Assembly (NCBI GenBank): GCA_963748815.1 | Contig: CAVVKJ010000009.1 | Location: forward strand, 100,004-164,003 | Source: an uncultured Gemmatimonadales bacterium | GTDB taxonomy: Bacteria; Gemmatimonadota; Gemmatimonadetes; Gemmatimonadales; GWC2-71-9 | Direction of reading: 5' to 3' | DNA length: 64,000 nt | Shown here: positions 18,340 to 26,734 of the stretch, piece after piece | Position numbering within the stretch: position 1 is the stretch's first letter | Layout: each line of letters begins with the position of its first letter | Made by a program: the position numbers and the translations under genes | The notes under the pieces: generated by a model | Told to the model about the DNA's origin: nothing | The model's database searches: none | The model's input: only the letters and a program-made list of their open reading frames with translations

Positions 18340-21114
18340 ATGACCGCCCCCAAGACCAATCCCTTCGGCGCCCGCGGCACCCTGCCGCACGGATCCCAGC
18401 CGATCACGATCTATCGCCTCCCGGAGCTCGCTCGGCAAGGGGTGGGCGACCTCGACCGCCTGCCCTTCTCGGTGCGCGTCCTCCTCGAGAACGCCCTCCG
18501 CTGGTGCGGTCAGGGCGTGGTCACCGAGGACCACGTGCGGACCCTCGCCGGCTGGAAGGCCACGCAAGCCGACCGCCCGGAATTCCCCTTCATGCCGGCC
18601 CGGGTGGTGCTCCAGGACTTCACCGGCGTGCCCTGCGTGGTGGACCTGGCCGCCATGCGCGACGCCATGGCCGAGATGGGCGGCGACCCCGACCGGATCA
18701 ACCCGGTCGTCCCCTGCGACCTGGTCATCGACCACTCGGTGCAGGTGGACCACTATGGCACCCCCGACGCCTTCCGGCTCAACGTCGCCCTCGAATTCGA
18801 CCGCAACGCCGAGCGCTACCAGCTGCTGAAGTTCGCCCAGCGTGCGTTCCACAACTTCCGGGTGGTGCCGCCCGGAATGGGGATCGTCCATCAGGTCAAC
18901 CTGGAACATCTCTCCCCCGCCATCCAGCTCCGCGAGCAGCACGGCCTGCTGACGGCCTATCCCGACACCCTCGTGGGGACCGACTCCCACACCACGATGA
19001 TCAACGGGCTCGGCGTGGTCGGCTGGGGCGTCGGTGGCATCGAGGCGGAGGCGGTCATGCTTGGCCAGCCGTACTTCATGCTGGTGCCGGACGTGATCGG
19101 GATGAAGCTCACCGGCGCGCTCCCCGCGGGAACCACCGCCACCGACCTCGTCCTCCGTGTCACCCAGATGCTCCGGGCCAAGGGGGTCGTGGACAAGTTC
19201 GTCGAGTACTACGGACCCGGCCTCTCCGGGCTCGGACTCGCCGACCGCGCCACGATCGCCAACATGTCGCCCGAATACGGCGCCACCGTCGGGTTCTTCC
19301 CGATCGATGCCGAGACGCTGCGGTATCTCCAGCGCACCGGCCGCAGCAAGGAGACGGTCGACCTGGTGGAGCGGTACACCAAGGAGCAGGGGCTCTTCCG
19401 CACCGACGCGACCCCCGATCCGGACTTCACCAGCACCATCGAGCTCGACCTCTCCACGATCGAGCCGAGCCTGGCCGGGCCGAAGCGCCCGCAGGACATG
19501 GTGCCGCTGCGCACCATGCGGAAGAGCTTCGCCGTCAGCCTCCCGACGCTGATGCAGCCGAGCGTGCCCGCCGCGCGGCGGGACTTCGCCTCGACGGAGG
19601 CGGGCCGCTGGGCAGCGGAGGGCGGGGACCAGCCCCAGGCGGTCGTCGCGCCGAGCGTCCGGTGCAGCATCAACGGGGAGGACCACGAGCTGAGTGACGG
19701 CGCGGTGGTGATCGCCGCCATCACTTCCTGCACCAACACCTCGAACCCGTCGGTCATGATCGGCGCAGGCTTGCTGGCGAAGAAGGCCATCGCCAAGGGG
19801 CTGCGAAGCCGGCCCTGGGTCAAGACCAGCCTTGCCCCCGGCTCGCGCGTCGTCACCGACTACCTGCGCGACGCCGGCCTGACGCCGTTCCTCGACCAGC
19901 TCGGCTTCCAGACCGTCGGCTACGGCTGCACCACCTGCATCGGGAACAGCGGCCCGCTGCAGGCGCCGATCGCCCGCGCCATCGAAGAGCACTCCCTGGT
20001 GGTGGCGGCCGTGCTCTCGGGCAACCGGAACTTCGAGGCCCGCGTCCACCCCCTGGTGCGCGCCAACTACCTCGCCTCGCCGATGCTGGTGGTGGCCTTC
20101 GCGCTCCTCGGGCGGGTCGACGCCGACCTCACCACCGAGCCGCTCGGCATTTCCGACGCCGGCGAGCCGGTGTTCCTGCGGGACATCTGGCCCTCCTCGA
20201 CCGAGATCGCGGCGGCGATGTCCACCGCGCTCACCCCGGAACTCTTCACGCACGAGTACGCCAAGGTGTTCGAGGGCGACCAGGAGTGGAAGGACCTGGA
20301 GGTGCCGACCGGCAGCCGCTACGCCTGGGACGCCGACAGTACGTATGTGCAGCTGCCCCCCTTCTTCCGGCAGCTCTCGGCGGAGCCGGACGAGATGGCC
20401 GACGTCGTGAACGCGCGGGTGCTCGCGGTCCTCGGCGATTCCGTCACCACCGACCACATCTCCCCTGCCGGCGCCATCCCGAAAAACGGCCCCGCCGCGC
20501 AATACCTCCGGGACCACGGGGTCGAGCAGCCCGACTGGAACACCTTCGGCGCCCGCCGCGGCAATCACGAGGTGATGATGCGCGGCACCTTCGGCAATGT
20601 CCGGATCAAGAACGCCCTGGTGCCGGACAAGGAAGGGAACTGGACGGTGCACTTCCCGAGCGGCGAGGTCACCTCGATCTACGACGCGGCCATGCGGTAC
20701 ATCGCCGATGCCACGCCGCTCGTCGTGCTGAGCGGCAAGGAATACGGGACCGGCTCCAGCCGCGACTGGGCGGCCAAGGGCACGCTCCTCCTCGGCGTGA
20801 AGGCGGTCATCGCCGAAAGCTACGAGCGGATCCACCGGAGCAACCTCGTGGGCATGGGGGTGCTGCCACTGAGCTACCAGCCGGGGGAAACCCGCGACAC
20901 CCACAAGCTGACTGGCCGCGAGAGCTTCACCATCACCGGCATCGCGAAGGGGCTGACCCCTGGCGGGACGGTGGATGTGGTGGCGAAGCGGGAAGACGGC
21001 TCCACGGTGAAGTTCAAGGCGGTGGTCCGGCTCAACAGCGAGGTGGAGGTCGACTACTACCGCCACGGCGGGATCCTGCAGCGGGTGCTGCGGAAATTCG
21101 CGGCGGAGAGCTAG
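18340..21114 (+). CDS. acnA: Aconitate hydratase A
   Basis: LQDFTGVP, DHSVQVD, GIVHQVNLE, GTDSHT, AAITSCTNTSNP, GYGCTTCIGNSG, YGTGSSRDWAAKG. Confidence 0.97.
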   Translation: MTAPKTNPFGARGTLPHGSQPITIYRLPELARQGVGDLDRLPFSVRVLLENALRWCGQGVVTEDHVRTLAGWKATQADRPEFPFMPARVVLQDFTGVPCVVDLAAMRDAMAEMGGDPDRINPVVPCDLVIDHSVQVDHYGTPDAFRLNVALEFDRNAERYQLLKFAQRAFHNFRVVPPGMGIVHQVNLEHLSPAIQLREQHGLLTAYPDTLVGTDSHTTMINGLGVVGWGVGGIEAEAVMLGQPYFMLVPDVIGMKLTGALPAGTTATDLVLRVTQMLRAKGVVDKFVEYYGPGLSGLGLADRATIANMSPEYGATVGFFPIDAETLRYLQRTGRSKETVDLVERYTKEQGLFRTDATPDPDFTSTIELDLSTIEPSLAGPKRPQDMVPLRTMRKSFAVSLPTLMQPSVPAARRDFASTEAGRWAAEGGDQPQAVVAPSVRCSINGEDHELSDGAVVIAAITSCTNTSNPSVMIGAGLLAKKAIAKGLRSRPWVKTSLAPGSRVVTDYLRDAGLTPFLDQLGFQTVGYGCTTCIGNSGPLQAPIARAIEEHSLVVAAVLSGNRNFEARVHPLVRANYLASPMLVVAFALLGRVDADLTTEPLGISDAGEPVFLRDIWPSSTEIAAAMSTALTPELFTHEYAKVFEGDQEWKDLEVPTGSRYAWDADSTYVQLPPFFRQLSAEPDEMADVVNARVLAVLGDSVTTDHISPAGAIPKNGPAAQYLRDHGVEQPDWNTFGARRGNHEVMMRGTFGNVRIKNALVPDKEGNWTVHFPSGEVTSIYDAAMRYIADATPLVVLSGKEYGTGSSRDWAAKGTLLLGVKAVIAESYERIHRSNLVGMGVLPLSYQPGETRDTHKLTGRESFTITGIAKGLTPGGTVDVVAKREDGSTVKFKAVVRLNSEVEVDYYRHGGILQRVLRKFAAES

Positions 21115-21144
21115 GCGGGGAAGCGGGGAAGCGGGGAAGCGGGG
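21111..21144 (+). repeat. (GCGGGGAA)n octamer tract, left arm of a 27-bp inverted repeat
   Basis: ctag-gcggggaa-gcggggaa-gcggggaa-gcgggg. Bases 21111-21137 are the exact reverse complement of 22519-22545. Confidence 0.9.
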
Positions 21145-21158
21145 CCGAAGCTCGCCGC

Positions 21159-21224
21159 CGTCATTCCCGCGCAAGCGGGAATCCAGCGGCCAGGACACTG
21201 GACCCCGGCTTTCGCCGGGGTGAC
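21159..21224. repeat. REP-like palindromic doublet
   Basis: cgtcattcccgcgcaagcgggaatccag followed by the inverted partner ctggaccccggctttcgccggggtgac; each forms its own hairpin. Confidence 0.75.
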
Positions 21225-21236
21225 TGAATAAAGCGA

Positions 21237-21274
21237 ATCGACCCCCCGGAATCTCCGAGGGGTCGATCTGTTTT
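21237..21274. terminator. Intrinsic terminator between convergent acnA and sigma factor genes
   Basis: Stem atcgaccccccgga/tccgaggggtcgat (one mismatch) followed by ctgtttt. Confidence 0.7.
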
Positions 21275-21300
21275 CGGTTCGTCGTGGTGGGCTACAGGGC

Positions 21301-22194
21301 TTAGGCCACCAGATCCCGCAACCGCTCGCCGGTCTCGCCTTCGCGCAGCTTGAGCAGCGCGCGATCGCGCAGCTGGCGGATCCGCTCGCGGGTGACGCCC
21401 ATCATCCGGCCGATTTCTTCCAGTGTCCGGCTGTTGCCGTCGTCCAGGCCGAAATAGAGGCGGAGGACCTTGGCGTCGCGGGGTGGCAGCACGGCCAGCG
21501 CCGACTCGATGTCGCTGGTCTGGCTGTTGGTCATCGTGGCGGAATCGGTGCCTTCCTGCTCCGCCATGGCGAAGCGCTCCATCCGCTCGTTGCCGTCGCC
21601 ATCCCGCGTCGGGTGGTCGAGCCGCACCGCCTCCGTGTTGAGGGCGCTGAGGCTGCGGACCGCCTCCGGGGTCAGGCCGGTGGCGCGGGCCAGCTCCTCG
21701 GTGGTCGGCATCCGGCCGAGGCGCTCCTTGAGGAGCGTCGTGGTGCGTCCGAGGCGGCTGAGGTCGGCGGTACGATTGAGCGGCACCCGAACCGGCCGGC
21801 CGTGGCGGGCGATGGCCGCCTGCACGGCCTGACGGATCCACCACACCGCGTACGAAATAAACTTGACGCCGCGATCCGGATCGAACTTGCGGGCGGCCGT
21901 CATGAGCCCGAGGTTGCCCTCGCCGATCAGGTCGACCAGCGGCACGCCGCGATTCTGGAACTTCTTGGCCACGGACACGACGAACCGGACGTTGTGCCGC
22001 GCCAGCTTTTCCTGGGCGGCCACGTTGCCCCGAAAGGCCTTGCGGGCAAGCTCCATTTCCTGCTCACGGGTCAGCAGCGGGACCCGGCTGATTTCATCAA
22101 GGTACAGGTCGAGCGACTCACGTCCCTCGTCTACGGCCTTGGCAATCTGAGCCGGCCGAACAGCACGACGCTTGGCGCGTGGCTTGACAGTCAC
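21301..22194 (-). CDS. RNA polymerase sigma-70 factor, RpoD/SigA family lacking region 1.1 (group 2-like)
   Basis: LDLYLDEISRVPLL, NVRFVVSVAKK, DLIGEGNLGL, KFISYAVWWIRQ, TLEEIG..GVTRERIRQ. GGAGG RBS before the GTG. Confidence 0.92.
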   Translation of the reverse strand: MTVKPRAKRRAVRPAQIAKAVDEGRESLDLYLDEISRVPLLTREQEMELARKAFRGNVAAQEKLARHNVRFVVSVAKKFQNRGVPLVDLIGEGNLGLMTAARKFDPDRGVKFISYAVWWIRQAVQAAIARHGRPVRVPLNRTADLSRLGRTTTLLKERLGRMPTTEELARATGLTPEAVRSLSALNTEAVRLDHPTRDGDGNERMERFAMAEQEGTDSATMTNSQTSDIESALAVLPPRDAKVLRLYFGLDDGNSRTLEEIGRMMGVTRERIRQLRDRALLKLREGETGERLRDLVA

Positions 22195-22274
22195 CGAACC
22201 TCCTCCGGAGGAAAACCCAGCACTCTATGGGCAGCAACGGCCTGAGTGGCCGTCCAAATACAGTCGCGAAAACT

Positions 22275-22332
22275 AACAGCTAAGGCGCGAAAAATCAACA
22301 GCTTACGTAAGCATATCACCCTGAACAGCTTG
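22275..22332. promoter_or_regulatory. AT-richer upstream region with an IHF-consensus site and three AACAGCT repeats
   Basis: AATCAA-cagc-TTA at 22293-22305 matches WATCAANNNNTTR. AACAGCT occurs at 22275, 22297 and 22324. Confidence 0.45.
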
Positions 22333-22511
22333 CGGAATCGTGCCAGAAAATCGGTCGAAATCCGCACCGGAACCGTGATCTCTGCAACTCCGAGATGCCT
22401 GCCACATTGGCAACGTCGCACCCTGCAAGGACTTGGCTGGGCTGCTCTGGCGCAATGGAGCACGCATCCTATAGACCACGTGACGCGCCAAAGAGTTCCC
22501 CGCGCACAGCG

Positions 22512-22545
22512 CCCCTCCTCCCCGCTTCCCCGCTTCCCCGCCTAG
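22512..22545 (-). repeat. (GCGGGGAA)n octamer tract, right arm of the 27-bp inverted repeat
   Basis: Minus strand reads ctaggcggggaagcggggaagcggggaggagggg. Confidence 0.9.
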
Positions 22546-22554
22546 ATTGCCTGA

Positions 22555-23145
22555 ATGCTCACCAACGACTCCTATGAACTGCTCCGCCGGCTGGCCTCCC
22601 CCCTCGTAGCGGTCACCTCCGCCCACGGAGGCCGGACCAACGGCATGATCCTCGACAGCGCCATCCGGGCGAGCATCTCCCCCGAACACCCCCGCCTGTC
22701 GGTCTACATCCACAAATGGCACCTGAGCCACGACCTGGTCTGGGCCAGCGGCCGCTTCGGCGCCCACCTGCTCACCCAGGACCAGCTCGAGCTGGTCCAC
22801 CATCTGGGCTTCAGGAGCGGTCGGCAGGACGCGGACAAGCTCGCCTCGGTGCCCCATCACATCGGCGAGAGCGGCGTCCCCGTGCTCGAGGAGTGCCACG
22901 CCGCCTTCGAATGCCGGGTCATCAACACGATGGACGCCGGTCCCTCGACGCTCTTCCTCGGCGAGGTCGTGGCCACCCACGGCGGCGCCACGGGGCCCCT
23001 GCTGACGGCGGACTATTTCCGGGCGAACCTGCCGGCGAAGTGGCGGGAGGAGTTCCTCAAAAACTACCGCGAGGCCCAGGAACGAATCCGGGACCTCGCG
23101 GCGGTGCAGGACGTGCGGCGGTGGGGCGGGCCTACAGCGCCTTGA
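22555..23145 (+). CDS. Flavin reductase family protein
   Basis: LVAVTSA..NGM, SISPEHPRLSV, GVPVLEECHAAFECRV, GPSTLFLGEV. Confidence 0.85.
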   Translation: MLTNDSYELLRRLASPLVAVTSAHGGRTNGMILDSAIRASISPEHPRLSVYIHKWHLSHDLVWASGRFGAHLLTQDQLELVHHLGFRSGRQDADKLASVPHHIGESGVPVLEECHAAFECRVINTMDAGPSTLFLGEVVATHGGATGPLLTADYFRANLPAKWREEFLKNYREAQERIRDLAAVQDVRRWGGPTAP

Positions 23146-24520
23146 TCTCCGTGATCAGGCTGGTCAGCGACTTCTTGGCGTCGCCGAAGAGCATGGCGTT
23201 CTTCGGGTTGTAGAACAGTTCGTTCTCGATACCGGCAAATCCGGCGCTCATCCCCCGCTTCATGACGATGATGCTCTTCGCGTGGTCGGCGTTGAGGATC
23301 GGCATCCCGTAGATGGGGCTCGACGGGTCGGACCGCGCCGCCGGGTTGACGACGTCGTTGGCGCCGATGACCAGCGCCACGTCGGCCCGCTGGAAGTCGT
23401 CGTTGATCTGGTCCATTTCGCAGAGCTTCTCGTAGGGCACGTTCGCCTCCGCCAGGAGGACGTTCATGTGCCCCGGCATCCGCCCCGCCACGGGGTGGAT
23501 CGCGTACTTGACCTCCCCGCCCCGCCGCTCGATCAGGTCGGCCAGCTCGCGCACCGCGTGCTGCGCCTGCGCCACCGCGAGCCCGTACCCCGGCACCACG
23601 ATCACGAACTGTGCGTAGCCGAGTTGCACCGCGGCATCCTCGACCGTCACCTGGCGGACCGTGAGCCCTGCGGAGCTCTTGCCGCCGCCGGATGCCTCGC
23701 CGCCGAAGGCGCCGAAGAGCACGTTGGTGAGCGAGCGGTTCATCGCCTTGCACATGATCTGGCTCAGGATGATCCCCGACGACCCGACCAGCGCGCCCGC
23801 GATGATGAGCAGGTTGTTGTGGATGACGAAGCCGGTCATCGCCGCGGCGATGCCGGAGTAGGAGTTCAGCAGGGAAATGACCACCGGCATGTCGGCGCCG
23901 CCGATGGGAATCACCAGGAGCACGCCGAGGATGAGCGCCAGCGCGATGACCGCGTAGAAGGGCCAGAGCACCTGTTCCGGCACGATCAGCTGGTAGGCCG
24001 CGAGCCCGACGATGGCGGCGAAGAGCGTCCCGTTGACCACCTTCTGCAGCGGAAAGGTGATCGGCTTGCCGGTCATGACCTCCTGGAGCTTGGCCCAGGC
24101 GATCAGGCTGCCCGACAGCGTCACCGACCCGATCAGGAGGCTGAGCTGGGTCGTGATGCCGATGTCGATCGTCGGGGTGACGCCGGCCAGCTCCGCCTTC
24201 AGGAACTCCGCGCCGCCCACGAGGAGCGAGGCGCCGCCGCCAAAGCCGTTGAGGAGCGCGACCATCTGCGGCATCGACGTCATCTTCACCGCGCGCGCCA
24301 TCCAGAGCCCGGCCGCGGAGCCGATGAACATGCCGACCAGGATTTCCTGGTAGGTCAGGATGCCGTGGTCGAAGAGCGTCACCGCGATGGCGATCAGCAT
24401 GCCGACGCCCGACATCCGGTTGCCCTGCCGGGCCGTGAGCGGGCTGCCCAGGCGCTTCAGGCCCAGGACGAAGAGGACGGCGGCCACCAGGTAGAGGAGT
24501 TGTTCGAGCGCGACGGGCAT
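23132..24520 (-). CDS. pntB: NAD(P) transhydrogenase subunit beta
   Basis: MPQMVALLNGFGG, GGADMPVVISLLNSYSG, VPGYGLAVAQAQ, HPVAGRMPGHMNVLLAEA, GANDVVNP. Confidence 0.96.
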   Translation of the reverse strand: MPVALEQLLYLVAAVLFVLGLKRLGSPLTARQGNRMSGVGMLIAIAVTLFDHGILTYQEILVGMFIGSAAGLWMARAVKMTSMPQMVALLNGFGGGASLLVGGAEFLKAELAGVTPTIDIGITTQLSLLIGSVTLSGSLIAWAKLQEVMTGKPITFPLQKVVNGTLFAAIVGLAAYQLIVPEQVLWPFYAVIALALILGVLLVIPIGGADMPVVISLLNSYSGIAAAMTGFVIHNNLLIIAGALVGSSGIILSQIMCKAMNRSLTNVLFGAFGGEASGGGKSSAGLTVRQVTVEDAAVQLGYAQFVIVVPGYGLAVAQAQHAVRELADLIERRGGEVKYAIHPVAGRMPGHMNVLLAEANVPYEKLCEMDQINDDFQRADVALVIGANDVVNPAARSDPSSPIYGMPILNADHAKSIIVMKRGMSAGFAGIENELFYNPKNAMLFGDAKKSLTSLITEIKAL

Positions 24521-24810
24521 TACTTGGCCTCCGGCTTCTTCGTGAACATCTCCAGCATCCGGTCGGTCACCGCGTAGCCGCCCACCACGTTCATCATGGC
24601 GAAGACCACGGCGCTGACCCCGAAGACCCACGAGATCCACCCGTAGCCGCCGCCGGCCACCACCAGCGCGCCGACGATGGTGATGCCGCTGATCGCGTTG
24701 GCGCCGGACATCAGCGGGGTGTGGAGCGTCGTGGGGACGCGATTGATCAGCTCGACGCCGAGAAAGGTGGCGAGCACGAAGAGCGTGATGCTCAGGACGA
24801 GGGCTTCCAT
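24520..24810 (-). CDS. pntAB: NAD(P) transhydrogenase subunit alpha, part 2 (membrane)
   Basis: LHTPLMSGANAISG and NVVGGYAVTDRMLEMF. Confidence 0.93.
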   Translation of the reverse strand: MEALVLSITLFVLATFLGVELINRVPTTLHTPLMSGANAISGITIVGALVVAGGGYGWISWVFGVSAVVFAMMNVVGGYAVTDRMLEMFTKKPEAK

Positions 24811-24812
24811 GA

Positions 24813-25922
24813 TCAGGCCGCCTTGCCGGTGCGGAGTTCGCCCGCGTGCGTGACGCACATCGGGCCGGTGATCGGGTCGGAGAGGTCCACCTGCAGGGCC
24901 CCGTCCTTGAGGAGGTGGGTCACGAAGGTGAGCACGTTGCGACCGTACATCTGGCTGGCGTGGAGCGGTACGCCGGCGGGGAGGTTGACCGGGGACAGAA
25001 TGGTCACCCCGTTCACCGTCACCGTCTCGCCGAACTTTGTCAGCTCGCAGTTGCCGCCGGACTCCCCCGCCAGGTCCACGATGACCGAGCCGGGCTTCAT
25101 GGCGCGCACCGCCTCCGCCGTGATGAGCCGCGGCGCGGGCCGGCCCGGAATCTGTGCCGTGGTCACGATCAGGTCCTGGCTCTTGGCGTGCTCGCCGATG
25201 CCCGCGACCACCCGGGCCTGCTGCTCCTCGGCCAGTTCCTTGGCATAGCCGCCCTGCCCCTCGCCCTCGACGGCGGCCACTTCCACGAAGGCGGCGCCCA
25301 GGCTCTGGACCTGCTCGCGCACCACCGAGCGCACGTCGAACGCGGAGACGATGCCGCCAAGGCGCCGCGCCGTGGCGATCGCCTGGAGGCCGGCGACGCC
25401 GGCGCCGACCACGAACACCTTGGCCGGGGCGAGCGTTCCGGCGGCGGTGGTCAGCATCGGCAGAATGCGGCCCATGGCGTCGGCGCCGATCAGCACTGCC
25501 TTGTACCCGGCGATCGTCGCCTGCGAGGAGAGCGCGTCCATCGACTGCGCCTTGGTGGTGCGGGGCACCAGTTCCATGGCGAAGGCGGTCACCTTCCGGC
25601 CTGCCAGCGCCGCGAGGAGATCGCCCGAGGCCGAGGGCGCGAGGAAGCTGACCAGCGCCGCCCCCTCGCGGAGCTGGCCGGCTTCTTCGGCGGTCGGGCG
25701 CTGCACCTTGAGCACGAGGTCGGCGCCCAGCGCGTCGGCCGCGGTCCCGACCAGGGTGGCGCCGGCCGCCTCGTACTCGGCGTCGGGCACGTAGGCGGCG
25801 GCGCCGGCGCCGCGCTGCACCAGGACCTCGCAGCCGGCCTTCTTCAGCTTGGCCACGCCGTCGGGCACCAGCGCCACGCGCCGTTCGTCGGGGCGAGTTT
25901 CCGCAGGGACTCCAATGCGCAT
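24813..25922 (-). CDS. pntAA: NAD(P) transhydrogenase subunit alpha, part 1 (dI)
   Basis: ERRVALVP, AQSMDALSSQ, GAGVAGLQA, TTAQIPGRPAP, DLAGESGGNC. Confidence 0.95.
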   Translation of the reverse strand: MRIGVPAETRPDERRVALVPDGVAKLKKAGCEVLVQRGAGAAAYVPDAEYEAAGATLVGTAADALGADLVLKVQRPTAEEAGQLREGAALVSFLAPSASGDLLAALAGRKVTAFAMELVPRTTKAQSMDALSSQATIAGYKAVLIGADAMGRILPMLTTAAGTLAPAKVFVVGAGVAGLQAIATARRLGGIVSAFDVRSVVREQVQSLGAAFVEVAAVEGEGQGGYAKELAEEQQARVVAGIGEHAKSQDLIVTTAQIPGRPAPRLITAEAVRAMKPGSVIVDLAGESGGNCELTKFGETVTVNGVTILSPVNLPAGVPLHASQMYGRNVLTFVTHLLKDGALQVDLSDPITGPMCVTHAGELRTGKAA

Positions 25923-25963
25923 GTCGTGTCTTCCAGGGTGGATGGTGGCGGGGAATCTAATCG

Positions 25964-26518
25964 TCAGTGGGCCGCGGTGAGCGAATCGACCGCGGCGCCG
26001 AGGGCGGTGTAGGCGGTGGGGTCCACTTCCCGAAAGGGGATCGCCCGGTATCCGATGGTGCCGTCCGGCGCCACGACGAAGAGGTTCCGGTTGTTGAGCC
26101 CGGTCACGCTGTGCGCCCCGTACGCTTTGCCGACCGCGCCGTCGGGGTCGCTGAGGAAGACGAACGGATAGTCCGCCTCCTTCGCCCAGGCCGCCAGCGT
26201 CTCGGGGGGATCGGTACTGATGGCCAGCAGGACCACGTCCTTGCCGCCGTTGAACACCGTCGCGTACTGATCACGGTACGCGTTCATCTGGATGGTTCAG
26301 CCCTTGGTCTTCGCCTTGTAGAAGAAGGCGATGACCACCGTCTTGTCGCGCAAGTCGGCCAGCTGGACCTTGGCGGGAAGGATGCCGTCCCGCGTGGCGC
26401 CGGTGAGCGCGAACGGCGGGGCGACGGCGCCGACGGCCAGCGGTTCCTGGGACGCGCCGGTGCAGGCGATCCCGACGACGAGCGCGGCGCCGACCGCGAT
26501 CCCACGGGGAGAATGCAT
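25964..26518 (-). CDS. Peroxiredoxin-like (AhpC/TSA, BCP-like) lipoprotein with in-frame UGA, probable selenoprotein
   Basis: ORFs 26297-26521 and 25964-26287 are one frame: APPFAL...VVIAFFYKAKTKG-UGA-TIQM...AISTD...FLSD...RNLFVVAPDG. The UGA at 26297-26299 is at the TxxC cysteine position. Confidence 0.88.
26261..26282 (-). promoter_or_regulatory. Putative bacterial SECIS hairpin
   Basis: CGCGUAC-CGUGAUCA-GUACGCG, a 7-bp perfect stem beginning 14 nt after the UGA with G near the 5' side of the loop. Confidence 0.6.
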
Positions 26519-26638
26519 CACGCCAACCTCGAGGAGAGAGTCACTGGAATGTACATCGGCCTGCGCGATCCGGGCCCCCCGGCGGTCGGTCCGCGTCCGC
26601 CCCGACCGGTTTCTCGAGGGAAAACCCGCCGATTCCTA

Positions 26639-26667
26639 TTGTTGACAGAGGGAAAACTTGCTACATT
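26639..26667 (+). promoter_or_regulatory. Sigma70-type promoter for the SWIB gene
   Basis: Extended -10 TGcTACATT (26659-26667), TTGTTG at 17-bp spacing, overlapping TTGACA at 26642. Confidence 0.5.
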
Positions 26668-26734
26668 GGAATCGCAGTCCTACGGTGTCCCCTGCGGCAC
26701 ACGTGGAGTTTACCCTCGTAAATGGAGACTCGCG

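Noticed and set aside
18298..21198. Long antisense ORFs (966 aa opposite acnA; similar ones opposite ettA, DUF885, PIG-L, hutU and the Ig gene)
   Set aside because: These are shadow ORFs expected from high GC3 codon bias; they have no motifs and the opposite strand carries clear genes.
22330..22346. Sigma54 promoter (TGGCACG...GC) upstream of the sigma gene
   Set aside because: GG-to-GC spacing is 9 nt, not the strictly required 10, although an indel error cannot be excluded.
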